The position numbers and the translations under genes were made by a program. A stretch of 64,000 nucleotides of DNA, taken from contig CAVWUU010000004.1 in NCBI GenBank assembly GCA_963758295.1, forward strand, positions 1,056,001 to 1,120,000. The letters are read 5' to 3'. Below the pieces are notes generated by a model. That model had not been told where the DNA came from. It made no database searches and saw only the letters and a list, made by a program, of their open reading frames with translations. Positions 34,934-44,624 of the stretch are shown here, one piece after another. Origin of the DNA: Candidatus Eremiobacteria bacterium (GTDB lineage: Bacteria > Vulcanimicrobiota > Vulcanimicrobiia > Vulcanimicrobiales > Vulcanimicrobiaceae). The stretch's first letter is position 1. The number at the start of each line of letters is the position of its first letter.

Positions 34934-35665
34934 TTAGTCGGGCTGGAAGTCTGCGCGGAAGATGTAATCGCCGGTCGTCGGCGCGCAGTTCACGAGTTTC
35001 GGAGCATACTGCGACTGACGAGCGGCACGGAGTGCAGCTTGGTCGATCGCCATGTTTCCCGAAGACTTGTTGATTGCAGCGTTGACTAGGCTTCCAGTCG
35101 GACCGACCGTGACTTGAACCAGAACCGTAACCGGTCCAAGGCCCATATCTTGCGCCGATTGCGGATATTCAGGCTGCATCGGGTTGGTTACCGTAGCTTC
35201 CTGATTCGGATTGGCGCAAGCCGGTTTTGCCGTCGGTGCCGGCGTTCCGGGTACCGGAGTACCCTTGTCGGCCGTTCCGGCCGGCACGCCGTTTTCGTTG
35301 CCCTTCGGCGGCGGCACGTACTGGTTTTCCGTCGTTGACGTGTTCGAATTCGTCCTCGTCTTAGGAACGTTCACCTTGAGCTTCGGCTGTACGACTTGCT
35401 TCTGCTGCGGAGGCGGGGTCCGTTGCGGCGGGGGCGTCGGCGTCGGAGGCGGCGTCGGCGTCGGAGGCGGCGGGGTCGGGATCTTGACCTGCACCTTCTT
35501 GGTTACGCTGACCTTTTCGACTTCGTCGCTCGAGTGATGTTGCGCCAAGTTCGGGAAGAACGGCGAAACGATAAGGTGGAAGAGCAGCGAAATTACGAAC
35601 GCGATCCCAACGTAATTCCGGAGTCGCTCTCCCGTAGTAATGAACGATGTATCTTTAGTCGCCAT
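34934..35665 (-). CDS. tonB: TonB family energy transducer
   Basis: TM with SLLFH, poly-Pro, PEYP...SSGNMAIDQAALRAA. Confidence 0.88.
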   Translation of the reverse strand: MATKDTSFITTGERLRNYVGIAFVISLLFHLIVSPFFPNLAQHHSSDEVEKVSVTKKVQVKIPTPPPPTPTPPPTPTPPPQRTPPPQQKQVVQPKLKVNVPKTRTNSNTSTTENQYVPPPKGNENGVPAGTADKGTPVPGTPAPTAKPACANPNQEATVTNPMQPEYPQSAQDMGLGPVTVLVQVTVGPTGSLVNAAINKSSGNMAIDQAALRAARQSQYAPKLVNCAPTTGDYIFRADFQPD

Positions 35666-35668
35666 CAG

Positions 35669-36097
35669 TTACGAATTCGTTCCCTCCGGCGTGCCTTCGA
35701 CGTGATTTGCAAGTCCGAAGTCCACCAAATCGTGCGATTTGGCGGCGTCCATGATTTGCAGAATCAGGCCGTAGTTCGCCCGCGGGTCGGCCTTAATGAT
35801 GACGCTTTTGAACTTATGGTCCGTTTGATCTTGAAGCGTCGCAAAGGCGTCGCTCAATTGTGCAACCGGAACATCTTGAGTAGATCCGATTTGGATGTTG
35901 TTTTTGTCGTCAACGATGACGATGAGCTGAGATGCCTGCACCTTGTCCCGGTTATGGGCTTCGGGCAGCTTCGGCTCTTTCGTTACGGCGGCGAGAATAA
36001 TGAAGATAATGAGGAGGACCAGCAATACGTCCGTGAACGGCGTAATGTTGATTGTCGACATTACCTCATCTTCGCCACCACCTGTCGAAACGGCCAC
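35669..36097 (-). CDS. exbD: ExbD/TolR family protein
   Basis: INITPFTDVLLVLLIIF, IKAD. Confidence 0.92.
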   Translation of the reverse strand: MAVSTGGGEDEVMSTINITPFTDVLLVLLIIFIILAAVTKEPKLPEAHNRDKVQASQLIVIVDDKNNIQIGSTQDVPVAQLSDAFATLQDQTDHKFKSVIIKADPRANYGLILQIMDAAKSHDLVDFGLANHVEGTPEGTNS

Positions 36098-36117
36098 GAG
36101 TTGTCTTAAACCTCCAC

Positions 36118-36531
36118 CTAGGACGTGACGAAACCGACGTCTTCGAGTCCGGCTTCCTTAGCAGCATCCAGGATGCGAATGATGACGCCGTACGGCGCCT
36201 TCGCATCGGCGATAATCGAAACGTGCTTGTGCGGCTTCTTCTTGGAAGCGTCGTACATCACGCGGTAGATGCTATTCACATCCGCTTTCGTGCCGTCAAC
36301 AAAAATTATGCCTTTGTTGTTGACATCGACTTCGATATCGTTGTGCTGGTTTGGCTGCGCACTTGCTGGGTTGTTATTGTGATTCGGAAGCTCTTTTTCG
36401 AATCCGGGCGGCGTCACGATAGCAGCCAGAATCATGAAGATGATGAGCAGCACCAACAGCACGTCCGTGAACGGCGTGATGTTGATTTCCGCCATCACTT
36501 CAGAGTCTTGTTGTGCTGAGAGCAGTCCCAC
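36118..36531 (-). CDS. exbD: ExbD/TolR family protein
   Basis: EINITPFTDVLLVLLIIFM, IADAKAPYG. Confidence 0.92.
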   Translation of the reverse strand: MGLLSAQQDSEVMAEINITPFTDVLLVLLIIFMILAAIVTPPGFEKELPNHNNNPASAQPNQHNDIEVDVNNKGIIFVDGTKADVNSIYRVMYDASKKKPHKHVSIIADAKAPYGVIIRILDAAKEAGLEDVGFVTS

Positions 36532-36549
36532 GGTTACCTTCTTCCGCTA

Positions 36550-37218
36550 TTACTTAGCGGCCGACTTCGGCTGGTACAGCTCCGTCGGGATCGGTGCTCC
36601 CGTGTTGTGGAAGTGCAACATCTCGGCGAGTTGGTTAGCCGCGACGATCATCTCTTGGTTGTACGCTTTGATTCGCGACTTGAAGTAGTTGAAGAAGATG
36701 ACGGCGACGATAGCGACGACAAGACCGGAGAAGGTCGTGATCAACGCTTCAGAAACACCGGCTGCAACGACGGCGGGCGTCGAGTTGCCTTTGAGGGCAA
36801 TATCTTGGAACGCCTTGATGATACCGAGAACCGTACCGGCCAAGCCGACGAACGGTGCGATAACGGCAACGGTACCGATGACGCCGAGGTTACGCTCGAG
36901 CGCATTGAGATGCTCCATCAGCGCGATGGAAAGTGCATCGGTGATATCGGCGCGATTCTTCTCGCCGCGGCGAAGACCGAACTCAAGAATACGCGGAAGC
37001 ATACCTTTGTTCGATTGGCAAATCTTAATTGCGCCGTCAAGATCATCAGTTGCGATCTTCTGGCCGATCGCGCGCAGCAGGCCCTTCGTATCGCCGTGTT
37101 GCGATGCAAAGAACACCAAACGCTCGATGACAATGGCGACGGTGATGATCGAGAGCGCCAACAGGATCCACATATCCAGGCCGCCCTGATGCATGACGCT
37201 CATAAATCCGTCAAACAC
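36550..37218 (-). CDS. exbB: ExbB/TolQ/MotA proton channel protein
   Basis: APFVGLAGTVLGIIKAF, VAAGVSEALITT. Confidence 0.93.
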   Translation of the reverse strand: MFDGFMSVMHQGGLDMWILLALSIITVAIVIERLVFFASQHGDTKGLLRAIGQKIATDDLDGAIKICQSNKGMLPRILEFGLRRGEKNRADITDALSIALMEHLNALERNLGVIGTVAVIAPFVGLAGTVLGIIKAFQDIALKGNSTPAVVAAGVSEALITTFSGLVVAIVAVIFFNYFKSRIKAYNQEMIVAANQLAEMLHFHNTGAPIPTELYQPKSAAK

Positions 37219-37374
37219 GTATTTTCCGACCCCTCCCGGGTTAAGTTATCTTAGAGTGCATTGACAATGAGAAACGAAAGCGGTTGCCCGCCCCCGTGCG
37301 GGCGGACCATTGGCCTACCCGCAAAGAAAGTCCTGGTATCGCCGCCACCCCGGGAGACGACGATATTTTTCCCT

Positions 37375-38694
37375 TTATTGCGGAATGTTTTTCAACGTCG
37401 CTTCAATGTTTGAAGCGAGTTCCGTGTTGCCGGCTGCCTTAGCTAGCGAATCGGCTTTGTTGAGATAGCTCAGCGCCTGCTTCTTATCTGCATCGCTGTG
37501 GCTGGTTGCGTACACGCCTGCATAAGCGATACCTTCCGCAAAGTTCGCTTGTGCATCGTTCGGGTTACCGGCCACGGCCTTGTCCGCATAGGTTTTGGCC
37601 TTGGCGTAGTCCGGTTTATCCATTCTAAAAATCGCAAACGCGGCAAGCGTGCTGCCCGTGACCGCGACTTGCGGATCGTTCAACGATGAAGCCTGATCGA
37701 AATCTTTCAGCGCTTCAGGGTAGTTCTTTGCAGTCATTGCGTCGCTGCCGGCCTTCAGGAGGTGGTTGCCCATGACGCGGGCGCCGGCGTTCATGCTCGG
37801 ATCGAGCTGCTTCATTTCAGCAGAGATCGCGTTCGCGTCCGTGGTGTCGTTCGTATCAACGTACGCTTCGAGCAGTTGGCGATCGACCGCAGCTTTGACC
37901 TTCGAATCGGTCACCTTGTCGTGCACGGCCTTCAGTGTCGTGATTGCAGCACTATACTGCTTGTTGGCGATCTGCGCAACGCCCAGCGCGAAGCGCGAGT
38001 TGGTGCTGCCGTCGAGCTCGACTGCCTTCTGTGCGTAAGCGAGCGAAGTCGTCGCGTCGTTCGGCGCGATCTTCACTGCGGCCGAAGCAAACGAGCCCGC
38101 TGCAACCGGAACGAACGCCTTCGAAATCGTGCCCGCCTTGGTGAACGCGGTGGCGGCAGCGACTTGGTCGCCCGAATAGTACTGCGCCAGACCGAGCAGC
38201 GCGTTGAGCTGCGGGTCCGACGGATTGCTTTGAAGTGCGGCCTGCGCCTTGGAAACGGCTTCTGAGTATTGGCGCTTGCGAATCAGGCTATCGATTTGCG
38301 TGGCCGGGCCGGACGCCGAACTCGTTCCGCCTTGGCTTTGCGAAACCGACGCGGATGAGCCGTTGAACTTCAACGTGAAATCGTAAAACGTCTGAATCGT
38401 CGCCGAGCCTTTTTTGCCCGGGCGGTACGTCGAGTTCTGTGCGATTTCCATCGCCGCGTCATTGTCGCCGGCGTTCGTCGACTTCAGAATGCGGGTTACC
38501 TTATGCGAACCGTCGGGGTTTACTTGAACTTGCACGATGACCGTGCCGTTGCCGGCAATGGCCTTACTCGTGCTTCCTTTATGAACGAGTTTCGGCGGCG
38601 TGTATTCGTTCGCGTACTGCGCGAGCGCCGGCGAGGCGGCCGCTGCAATCGCAATCGCCGAAGCCCCTGCGACGATCCGGGAGAAGCTTTTCAT
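37375..38694 (-). CDS. Secreted protein with a TonB C-terminal-like domain followed by TPR repeats
   Basis: Signal peptide ending ALA-Q, GTVIVQVQVNPDG...DAAMEIAQNSTYRPG, then Ala-rich TPR-like helices. Confidence 0.78.
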   Translation of the reverse strand: MKSFSRIVAGASAIAIAAAASPALAQYANEYTPPKLVHKGSTSKAIAGNGTVIVQVQVNPDGSHKVTRILKSTNAGDNDAAMEIAQNSTYRPGKKGSATIQTFYDFTLKFNGSSASVSQSQGGTSSASGPATQIDSLIRKRQYSEAVSKAQAALQSNPSDPQLNALLGLAQYYSGDQVAAATAFTKAGTISKAFVPVAAGSFASAAVKIAPNDATTSLAYAQKAVELDGSTNSRFALGVAQIANKQYSAAITTLKAVHDKVTDSKVKAAVDRQLLEAYVDTNDTTDANAISAEMKQLDPSMNAGARVMGNHLLKAGSDAMTAKNYPEALKDFDQASSLNDPQVAVTGSTLAAFAIFRMDKPDYAKAKTYADKAVAGNPNDAQANFAEGIAYAGVYATSHSDADKKQALSYLNKADSLAKAAGNTELASNIEATLKNIPQ

Positions 38695-38797
38695 CTGTAC
38701 CTCTAGTGGTCGTATGTATCGTTGCTGAAGAAGGAAGCGACAATCGCCTCGTTCTTCCATCAATGAACGAAACTTAAACGCGGAATGATGCGAAATT

Positions 38798-39661
38798 TCA
38801 GGCAGCCAAAGTGGCCGCAGGCAATCGTCGGCCGACTGCGGTTGCAACCGCACCCAACCGCCCGACCAGCGCTGCAAAGTCGTCCGGTGTGAGTGATTGC
38901 TGACCGTCCGAGACTGCGCTTGCTGGGTTGGGGTGCACTTCAACCAAGAGCCCGTCGGCGCCCGCTGCTATCGCGGCTAGCGCCATCGGCTCGACCAACC
39001 GGGCCACGCCGGTCCCGTGTGACGGATCGACAATGACCGGAAGGTGCGTCATTTCTGCCAGCAACGGTACTACCGAGAGGTCTAGCAGATTGCGCGTGGC
39101 CGGATCGAACGAACGCACGCCGCGTTCGCAAAGGACGATGTTGGGATTACCAGCGACGAGGAGATACTCCGCCGCCATCAGCCACTCTTCGACCGTAGCC
39201 GAAAGCCCGCGCTTGAGCAGAACCGGTTTGCCGGATTCGCCGGCCTCGCGCAAGAGGGCAAAATTTTGCATGTTCCGCGCGCCGATCTGAAGCATGTCGG
39301 CGTAACGCGAGACCGCGAGGACGTCTCGCGGATCGAGAACTTCGGTTACGACGCCCAGCCGATGGCGATCTGCGGCCTCGCGCAAGAGCTGGAGTCCTTC
39401 GATGCCAAGCCCCTGAAAGGCGTAGGGCGAGGTCCGCGGCTTAAAGGCGCCGCCCCGGAGGATGTTCGCTCCGCCGCGCGCCACGCCCGCGGCTGTCGCC
39501 TCGATCTGCTCCGCTGACTCTACCGAACACGGGCCCGCACAGAGTGCGAGCTTGTCGCCTCCGAAAGTGGCTCCTCCGGCAAGCCGGACAATGGTGCGTT
39601 CTACGCGTGCGTCGCGCCGAGCCAGCTTGAGCTCGCGCATGGGAGGTAAGTACCGATCCAC
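38798..39661 (-). CDS. aroF: DAHP synthase, type I-beta, without N-terminal regulatory domain
   Basis: AGPCSVES, GGAFKPRTSPY, QIGARNMQN, LLKRG, DPSHGTG. Confidence 0.92.
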   Translation of the reverse strand: MDRYLPPMRELKLARRDARVERTIVRLAGGATFGGDKLALCAGPCSVESAEQIEATAAGVARGGANILRGGAFKPRTSPYAFQGLGIEGLQLLREAADRHRLGVVTEVLDPRDVLAVSRYADMLQIGARNMQNFALLREAGESGKPVLLKRGLSATVEEWLMAAEYLLVAGNPNIVLCERGVRSFDPATRNLLDLSVVPLLAEMTHLPVIVDPSHGTGVARLVEPMALAAIAAGADGLLVEVHPNPASAVSDGQQSLTPDDFAALVGRLGAVATAVGRRLPAATLAA

Positions 39662-39704
39662 GTTAGCCCGGATTCTACCACGAACGCCGGATTACGTCGT
39701 GCGA

Positions 39705-40508
39705 CTATTCTTGGCTGCTTTCCATGCCGACGCGCTTGAGCGCGGAGAGTTCACGCGGGGTCAACGAACGGGTCCGCCCCACGCCGAGATCGCCAAGCGA
39801 AATCGGGCCAAAGCGAAGCCGCACCAGCGTTTGCACGGGATGACCGAGCGCTTCGAACATCTTGCGAACCTGCCGATTGCGGCCCTCATGGATCGTGATG
39901 TCGACGACCGAGTAGCCCGCACGCACCGAAACCACGCGCACCTTTGCGCCGCCGGCCGTATAGCCGTCGACTTCGATTCCGTCGTGCAGCGCCTTTACCC
40001 CTTCGGGCGAAAGCCGTCCGCCGATCGTGGCGCGATACGTTTTATCCACGCCGAACCGCGGATGGAGCAGCCGGTTCGCGAGTTCGCCGTCGTTAGTCAG
40101 GAGCAACACGCCCGCGGTGTCGTAATCGAGGCGTCCCACCGGAACGACGCGCGGCAGCTTTTTCGGAATCAGCTCGACGATCGTGCGGCGCCCTTGCGGA
40201 TCCCGCATCGTTGTCATTACGCCGATCGGCTTGTGCATCACGATATACGTCGCTTCATTTTTTAATGCGGAAATCGGCGTTCCGCTAACGTCCACCTTAT
40301 CGCCCGGCTGAACCATCGTTCCGAGTTCGCGGCAGACCTTTCCGTTGACACGGACCTTGCCGTATGCAATCAACTGATCCGCGCGGCGACGCGAGGCCAG
40401 CCCCGCCTGCGCGATATACTTGTTCAGCCGGACGCCGTCACCGGCGTCGTTTGCCTTCTTCGCCGTGGTTTGCCCCGGACGGCGAGGCACATTTCTTCCT
40501 ATAGCCAT
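39705..40508 (-). CDS. rluB: rRNA pseudouridine synthase (RluB/RsuA family)
   Basis: S4 domain RLNKYIAQAGLASRR, VGRLDYDT, EGRNRQVRKM. Confidence 0.88.
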   Translation of the reverse strand: MAIGRNVPRRPGQTTAKKANDAGDGVRLNKYIAQAGLASRRRADQLIAYGKVRVNGKVCRELGTMVQPGDKVDVSGTPISALKNEATYIVMHKPIGVMTTMRDPQGRRTIVELIPKKLPRVVPVGRLDYDTAGVLLLTNDGELANRLLHPRFGVDKTYRATIGGRLSPEGVKALHDGIEVDGYTAGGAKVRVVSVRAGYSVVDITIHEGRNRQVRKMFEALGHPVQTLVRLRFGPISLGDLGVGRTRSLTPRELSALKRVGMESSQE

Positions 40509-40706
40509 AATGATTCACCGCGCAGTTTATCAAAAAGAAGCGCCTCGCGCTATTACGAACGCCATCAAGCACTCTCCGCGCCGGCGGGCGTCGCGTTAGG
40601 TCTAACGGGAAATCCGCGAAACGCCGATGGCCGGGCGAGGGCAGCTTGCACAGATCTGGCAACTCGTTCCGCGTGTCGCAGACCCGTCAGTTTGGCCGGA
40701 TTCGCC

Positions 40707-41234
40707 TTAGCCTACGTCTTCGCTGCGAAGCAATCCGAAAAGATGCATGTCGCGTACTTCGCCGCCTTTGATAACCGCGCGGCGTAGAATGCCTTCGCGC
40801 CGGAATCCGCTTTTCTCGAGGACGCGTTGTGAAGCAAGGTTTCCACCGTGCGCGTGCGCTTCGATGCGGCGCAAATCATAACGATCGAATAGATACTTCA
40901 CGAGTGCAGTACACGCGGCTGTCGCATGACCTTTGCCCCAGAATGATTTGGCGAGCCAATATCCGAGTTCAGCGCAGCCGCGGCGCTCCGCCTCTAATAA
41001 CTGAAATCCGGCGCCGCCTGCTAATTGGCCGGCAACTTCGATTGCGAAGTTTTCAGGTTCTGATTTGCTCAGATTGAAACGCACCCATACCTCGGCGTCT
41101 TTACGTTCGTACGGATGAGGAAACGTATCCCGCATGTTTGCCGCGATATCCCAATCGTTCGCAAGCGCGGCGAGCGTTGAGACATCTTCTTCCCTCCACT
41201 CACGCAACGTACAGTTACCGCAGTCTATGGCCAT
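40707..41234 (-). CDS. GNAT N-acetyltransferase (RimJ/RimL type)
   Basis: ELGYWL...WGKGHAT...NLASQRVLEKSGF. Confidence 0.88.
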   Translation of the reverse strand: MAIDCGNCTLREWREEDVSTLAALANDWDIAANMRDTFPHPYERKDAEVWVRFNLSKSEPENFAIEVAGQLAGGAGFQLLEAERRGCAELGYWLAKSFWGKGHATAACTALVKYLFDRYDLRRIEAHAHGGNLASQRVLEKSGFRREGILRRAVIKGGEVRDMHLFGLLRSEDVG

Positions 41235-41260
41235 CTAGCGTTCGAGTAGAAATCGTTGCG

Positions 41261-41533
41261 CTAGTAGTCGCGCGGCTTTTCAAAAGGTGCGTTGACGATC
41301 CGGGCAGCCGCGCGGGCCGACATGCGCCGGCCTCGGTCGGTCGATGATTCCGCACCGCTCCGAAATGCGCGCAAGAAAAACGGCAAAAGCCACAACCCTA
41401 AGAGCAACACGATGACGCCGGCGAACACATAATGACTCCAGAGCATCCACGCGCCGTACGCAATGAGCGCAATTGACACGACGGTGCCGGGGATTGCGCG
41501 AATGGAGCGCCTCTTTTCTTCCATGATGCCCAT
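41261..41533 (-). CDS. Small two-TM membrane protein
   Basis: 90-aa ORF with two hydrophobic segments. Confidence 0.55.
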   Translation of the reverse strand: MGIMEEKRRSIRAIPGTVVSIALIAYGAWMLWSHYVFAGVIVLLLGLWLLPFFLRAFRSGAESSTDRGRRMSARAAARIVNAPFEKPRDY

Positions 41534-41595
41534 TGATTCGTCCAGCTCGCATGCTTGTCTTATGGCGGCAACGTGAGCCGTTGAGACTATGACGG

Positions 41596-41921
41596 GGGCA
41601 GTGATGAGATGCGCCTGTCCTTCGACGGGCTCAGGATGACGAGCGGAAGATGAAACGCGCCTGTCCTTCGACCAGCTCAGATGACGAGGGCAGTGATGAG
41701 ATGCGCCTGTCCCTCGACGGGCTCAGGATGACGAGGGCAGTGATGAGATGCGCCTGTCCTTCGACCAGCTCAGATGACGAGGGCAGTGATGAGATGCGCC
41801 TGTCCTTCGACCAGCTCAGATGACGAGGGCAGTGATGAGATGCGCCTGTCCTTCGACGGGCTCAGGATGACGAGCGGAAGATGAAACGCGCCTGTCCTTC
41901 GACCAGCTCACATGGCGAGGG
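41596..41921. repeat. Tandem array of seven 46-47-bp units
   Basis: gcgcctgtcc core recurs at 41611, 41657, 41703, 41750, 41796, 41842 and 41888. Confidence 0.95.
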
Positions 41922-41925
41922 AACA

Positions 41926-41963
41926 AAGAAAAAGAGCCACCGAGAAAACGGTGGCCCTTTTTT
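41926..41963. terminator. Intrinsic terminator downstream of rho (potentially bidirectional)
   Basis: A-tract, gccaccg-agaaaa-cggtggc, T-tract. Confidence 0.8.
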
Positions 41964-41976
41964 GTGTCCGGTGGAG

Positions 41977-43449
41977 CTAGTAGCGGCCGTTGGAGCTTTC
42001 TTCGTAGCCACGTGACATCGAAAGCGCTTCTTTGGTGACGGCTTGCAGAAACTCTTCGTTGTTTCGCGTTTGTGCCATCTTCTCGAGAATCATCTCGGTG
42101 ATGTCGCCGCTGTTAAGCGCAGCGCTGACGCGGCGAAGCATCCATACCTTGCGCATCTCTTCCGCAGTGAGGAGCAACTCCTCGCGACGCGTGCCCGACC
42201 GCTTGATGTCGACGGCGGGGAAAACACGCGATTCGGCGAGTTTGCGGGTGAGGTTGAGTTCCATGTTGCCGGTGCCTTTGAACTCTTCGAAAATCACGTC
42301 GTCCATCTTCGAGCCGGTCTCCACGAGAGCGGTGCCGATGATGGTGAGCGATCCGCCGCCTTCGATCTTGCGTGCCGCGCCGAAGAAACGCTTCGGTTTG
42401 TGCAGCGACGCCGTATCAAGACCGCCGGAGAGCGTGCGTCCGGAAGTCGGAACGACTTGGTTGTACGCACGGGCGAGACGGGTGATGGAGTCGAGAAGAA
42501 TCACGACGTCCTTGCCCATTTCGACGAGGCGCTTTGCGCGCTCCATCGTGAGTTCGGCTACGGCCGTGTGATTCTCGGGATGCTCGTCGAACGTCGAGGC
42601 GACGACTTCACCGTCGATCGTGCGTTGCATATCCGTTACTTCTTCCGGACGCTCGTCGACGAGCAACGCGATAATGTGCGCTTCCGGATGATTGATCGAG
42701 ATGCCCTGCGCGATATTTTTCAGCAGGGTCGTCTTGCCGGCTTTCGGCGGTGAAACGATTAGCGCGCGCTGACCTTTGCCGATGGGGCAGAACAGGTCGA
42801 TGACACGGGTGGAGAGCTGCGTCGAACGATTTTCGAGGCGAAAACGCTCCTCGGGGAAAATCGGCGTGCCTTTTTCGAAAACCGCGCGGCCCCGAATCGC
42901 TTCGGGATCGTAGCCGTTGACTTTGTCGACGCGAATGAGACCGTAGTACTTTTCGCTCTCTTTGGGGCGGCGAACTTGACCTTCCACCATGTCGGCGCGG
43001 CGCAATTCGAAGCGACGAATTTGCGACTGGCTTACATAGATGTCATCGTTTCCGATAACGTAGCCGCCGCGACGTAGAAAGCCGTAGCCTTCCGGAAGAA
43101 TGTCGAGGATGCCGCTCGCCATCTCCAGACCCGAGCGCTGTTGCTGCCCGGCCAGAATTGCGGCGACGATCTCATCTTTCTTCATCGTCGTCGGGTTGCC
43201 GAGAACGATTTCATGTTCTTGGGCAATCTCGACCAGTTCGGCTTTTTTCTTGCCTTCCAGATCGGCTGCCGTCAACATCGGCGGACCAGTTTCTACAGTA
43301 GGAAACTGATCGTGCTGTTGATACTGATTGTTGAAATGATGACGGCGGCGTGGACGGCGGCGACGACCACCGCTTCCTTGCGGCCCACCATTGGGGTTTG
43401 GGCGATGTTCCGTTTGCAGAGGACTTGTCTCTCTCGTAGAGCCGCACAT
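41977..43449 (-). CDS. rho: Transcription termination factor Rho
   Basis: GILDILPEGYGFLR, PIGKGQR, PPKAGKT, DERPEEVT, EEFKGTGNME; start uncertain. Confidence 0.97.
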   Translation of the reverse strand: MCGSTRETSPLQTEHRPNPNGGPQGSGGRRRRPRRRHHFNNQYQQHDQFPTVETGPPMLTAADLEGKKKAELVEIAQEHEIVLGNPTTMKKDEIVAAILAGQQQRSGLEMASGILDILPEGYGFLRRGGYVIGNDDIYVSQSQIRRFELRRADMVEGQVRRPKESEKYYGLIRVDKVNGYDPEAIRGRAVFEKGTPIFPEERFRLENRSTQLSTRVIDLFCPIGKGQRALIVSPPKAGKTTLLKNIAQGISINHPEAHIIALLVDERPEEVTDMQRTIDGEVVASTFDEHPENHTAVAELTMERAKRLVEMGKDVVILLDSITRLARAYNQVVPTSGRTLSGGLDTASLHKPKRFFGAARKIEGGGSLTIIGTALVETGSKMDDVIFEEFKGTGNMELNLTRKLAESRVFPAVDIKRSGTRREELLLTAEEMRKVWMLRRVSAALNSGDITEMILEKMAQTRNNEEFLQAVTKEALSMSRGYEESSNGRY

Positions 43450-43575
43450 ATGAAACGAGCGATCTCATCACGGGCGAGGCTGCCACGCGCGGATCGATTC
43501 ATATGAACGAGGGGATTGAACGCAGTCACTATATCACACGCAATCTGCACACGACAAGACGCGTTGTAAGCCGAC

Positions 43576-44172
43576 TTACGGTGAAAGCGCCTTCGGACCG
43601 CTAACGAGCGGATTGCCGCGTTCGTAGAAACGAAGCCGGCGCGTTGCAGCGCGCGTGATGCCGATCCGCCGACTGCTGCCGACCGGCGAACCGAGGCTTG
43701 CCGGTTCCGCCACCCATAACCCGCGATCGGCCGGAAGATATGCGCCGTCTAGCGAGCGGTCGATGTCGAGCGCCTGGCACAGGCGGCCCGGGCCGCGGCA
43801 GAGATCGCGGATGACCAACGTGCGGCGACGCATTTGCATGAGCTTGAGGCCCTCGACCGGCTCCAATGCTCGCACAAGGACGCCGGCTCCGATGCCCGCC
43901 GCTTCGCTCCCGACGTTAAAGCAGAAGTTGGCCCCGTAGATGAGGTAAATGTAGGCGTGGAAGGGCTCGCGGAACATTGACTGATTCCTCGGCCGTTCGC
44001 CGATGTAGGAATGCGATGCCGGGTCGTTCGGGGGATAAGCTTCCGTCTCGATTATTCGGCCGGCGGCCAAGCCATCTGCGCTTTCCCGAACGAGCACATA
44101 GCCGATGAGCCGCCGCGCAAGTTCGACCGTTTCAATCGGCAATTTGCTGAAGTCGGCGCGCCGGAGATCCAC
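43576..44172 (-). CDS. mpg: DNA-3-methyladenine glycosylase (MPG/AAG family)
   Basis: GRIIETEAY...DPASHS, YIYLIYG, VLVRALEP, GPGRLCQAL, RIGIT. Confidence 0.92.
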   Translation of the reverse strand: MDLRRADFSKLPIETVELARRLIGYVLVRESADGLAAGRIIETEAYPPNDPASHSYIGERPRNQSMFREPFHAYIYLIYGANFCFNVGSEAAGIGAGVLVRALEPVEGLKLMQMRRRTLVIRDLCRGPGRLCQALDIDRSLDGAYLPADRGLWVAEPASLGSPVGSSRRIGITRAATRRLRFYERGNPLVSGPKALSP

Positions 44173-44182
44173 GGATGCCGCA

Positions 44183-44611
44183 TTATGCGGCAGAATGCAT
44201 CGCGACCTCTGCACGCGCACGTTCAGTAAGGTCGATTTCCGCACACGGCTCGACGGCGTACTTGCGGAAGCGATTGAGCTTGCAGCGCAGGCGGACATAC
44301 GGAAGCACGAGTGGCGGAGGGACGTCACGGTGGTTCGTCAGATCCTCGACGAGCGCCGCATCGGGTAGAGAGAACGCCACATTTTCGACGTTTCTCTCGC
44401 ACAACAAGCCGGCGACCGATTCCATTGCGGCGTACGCCACTTCGCGTTCCGCCAGGCCGGTGTAGCGTTTTACGCGGAAGGCGGCTCGCACAAGCCGCTC
44501 TCCCGCGCTCGACATAAGGCGCGCATAGACGATGCCGTCGCCGCTAGGGGCGGCTGCATAACCGAGTTGGACTCCGATTGTCTCTCGCGTAGTGGAACGC
44601 ATCATCATCAA
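44183..44611 (-). CDS. Hypothetical protein, probable degenerate RNase H-like fold
   Basis: EREVAYAAM...LPDAALVEDL...LPYVRLRCKLNRF parallels the RNase HI pattern NNEAEYEAL...DSELVV...LY...L..F (by-eye alignment). Confidence 0.6.
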   Translation of the reverse strand: MMMMRSTTRETIGVQLGYAAAPSGDGIVYARLMSSAGERLVRAAFRVKRYTGLAEREVAYAAMESVAGLLCERNVENVAFSLPDAALVEDLTNHRDVPPPLVLPYVRLRCKLNRFRKYAVEPCAEIDLTERARAEVAMHSAA

Positions 44612-44624
44612 GCCTCGTGGCTTT

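Noticed and set aside
41596..41921. CRISPR array
   Set aside because: The intervening sequences are only about 16 bp, are reused between units, and no cas genes are present.
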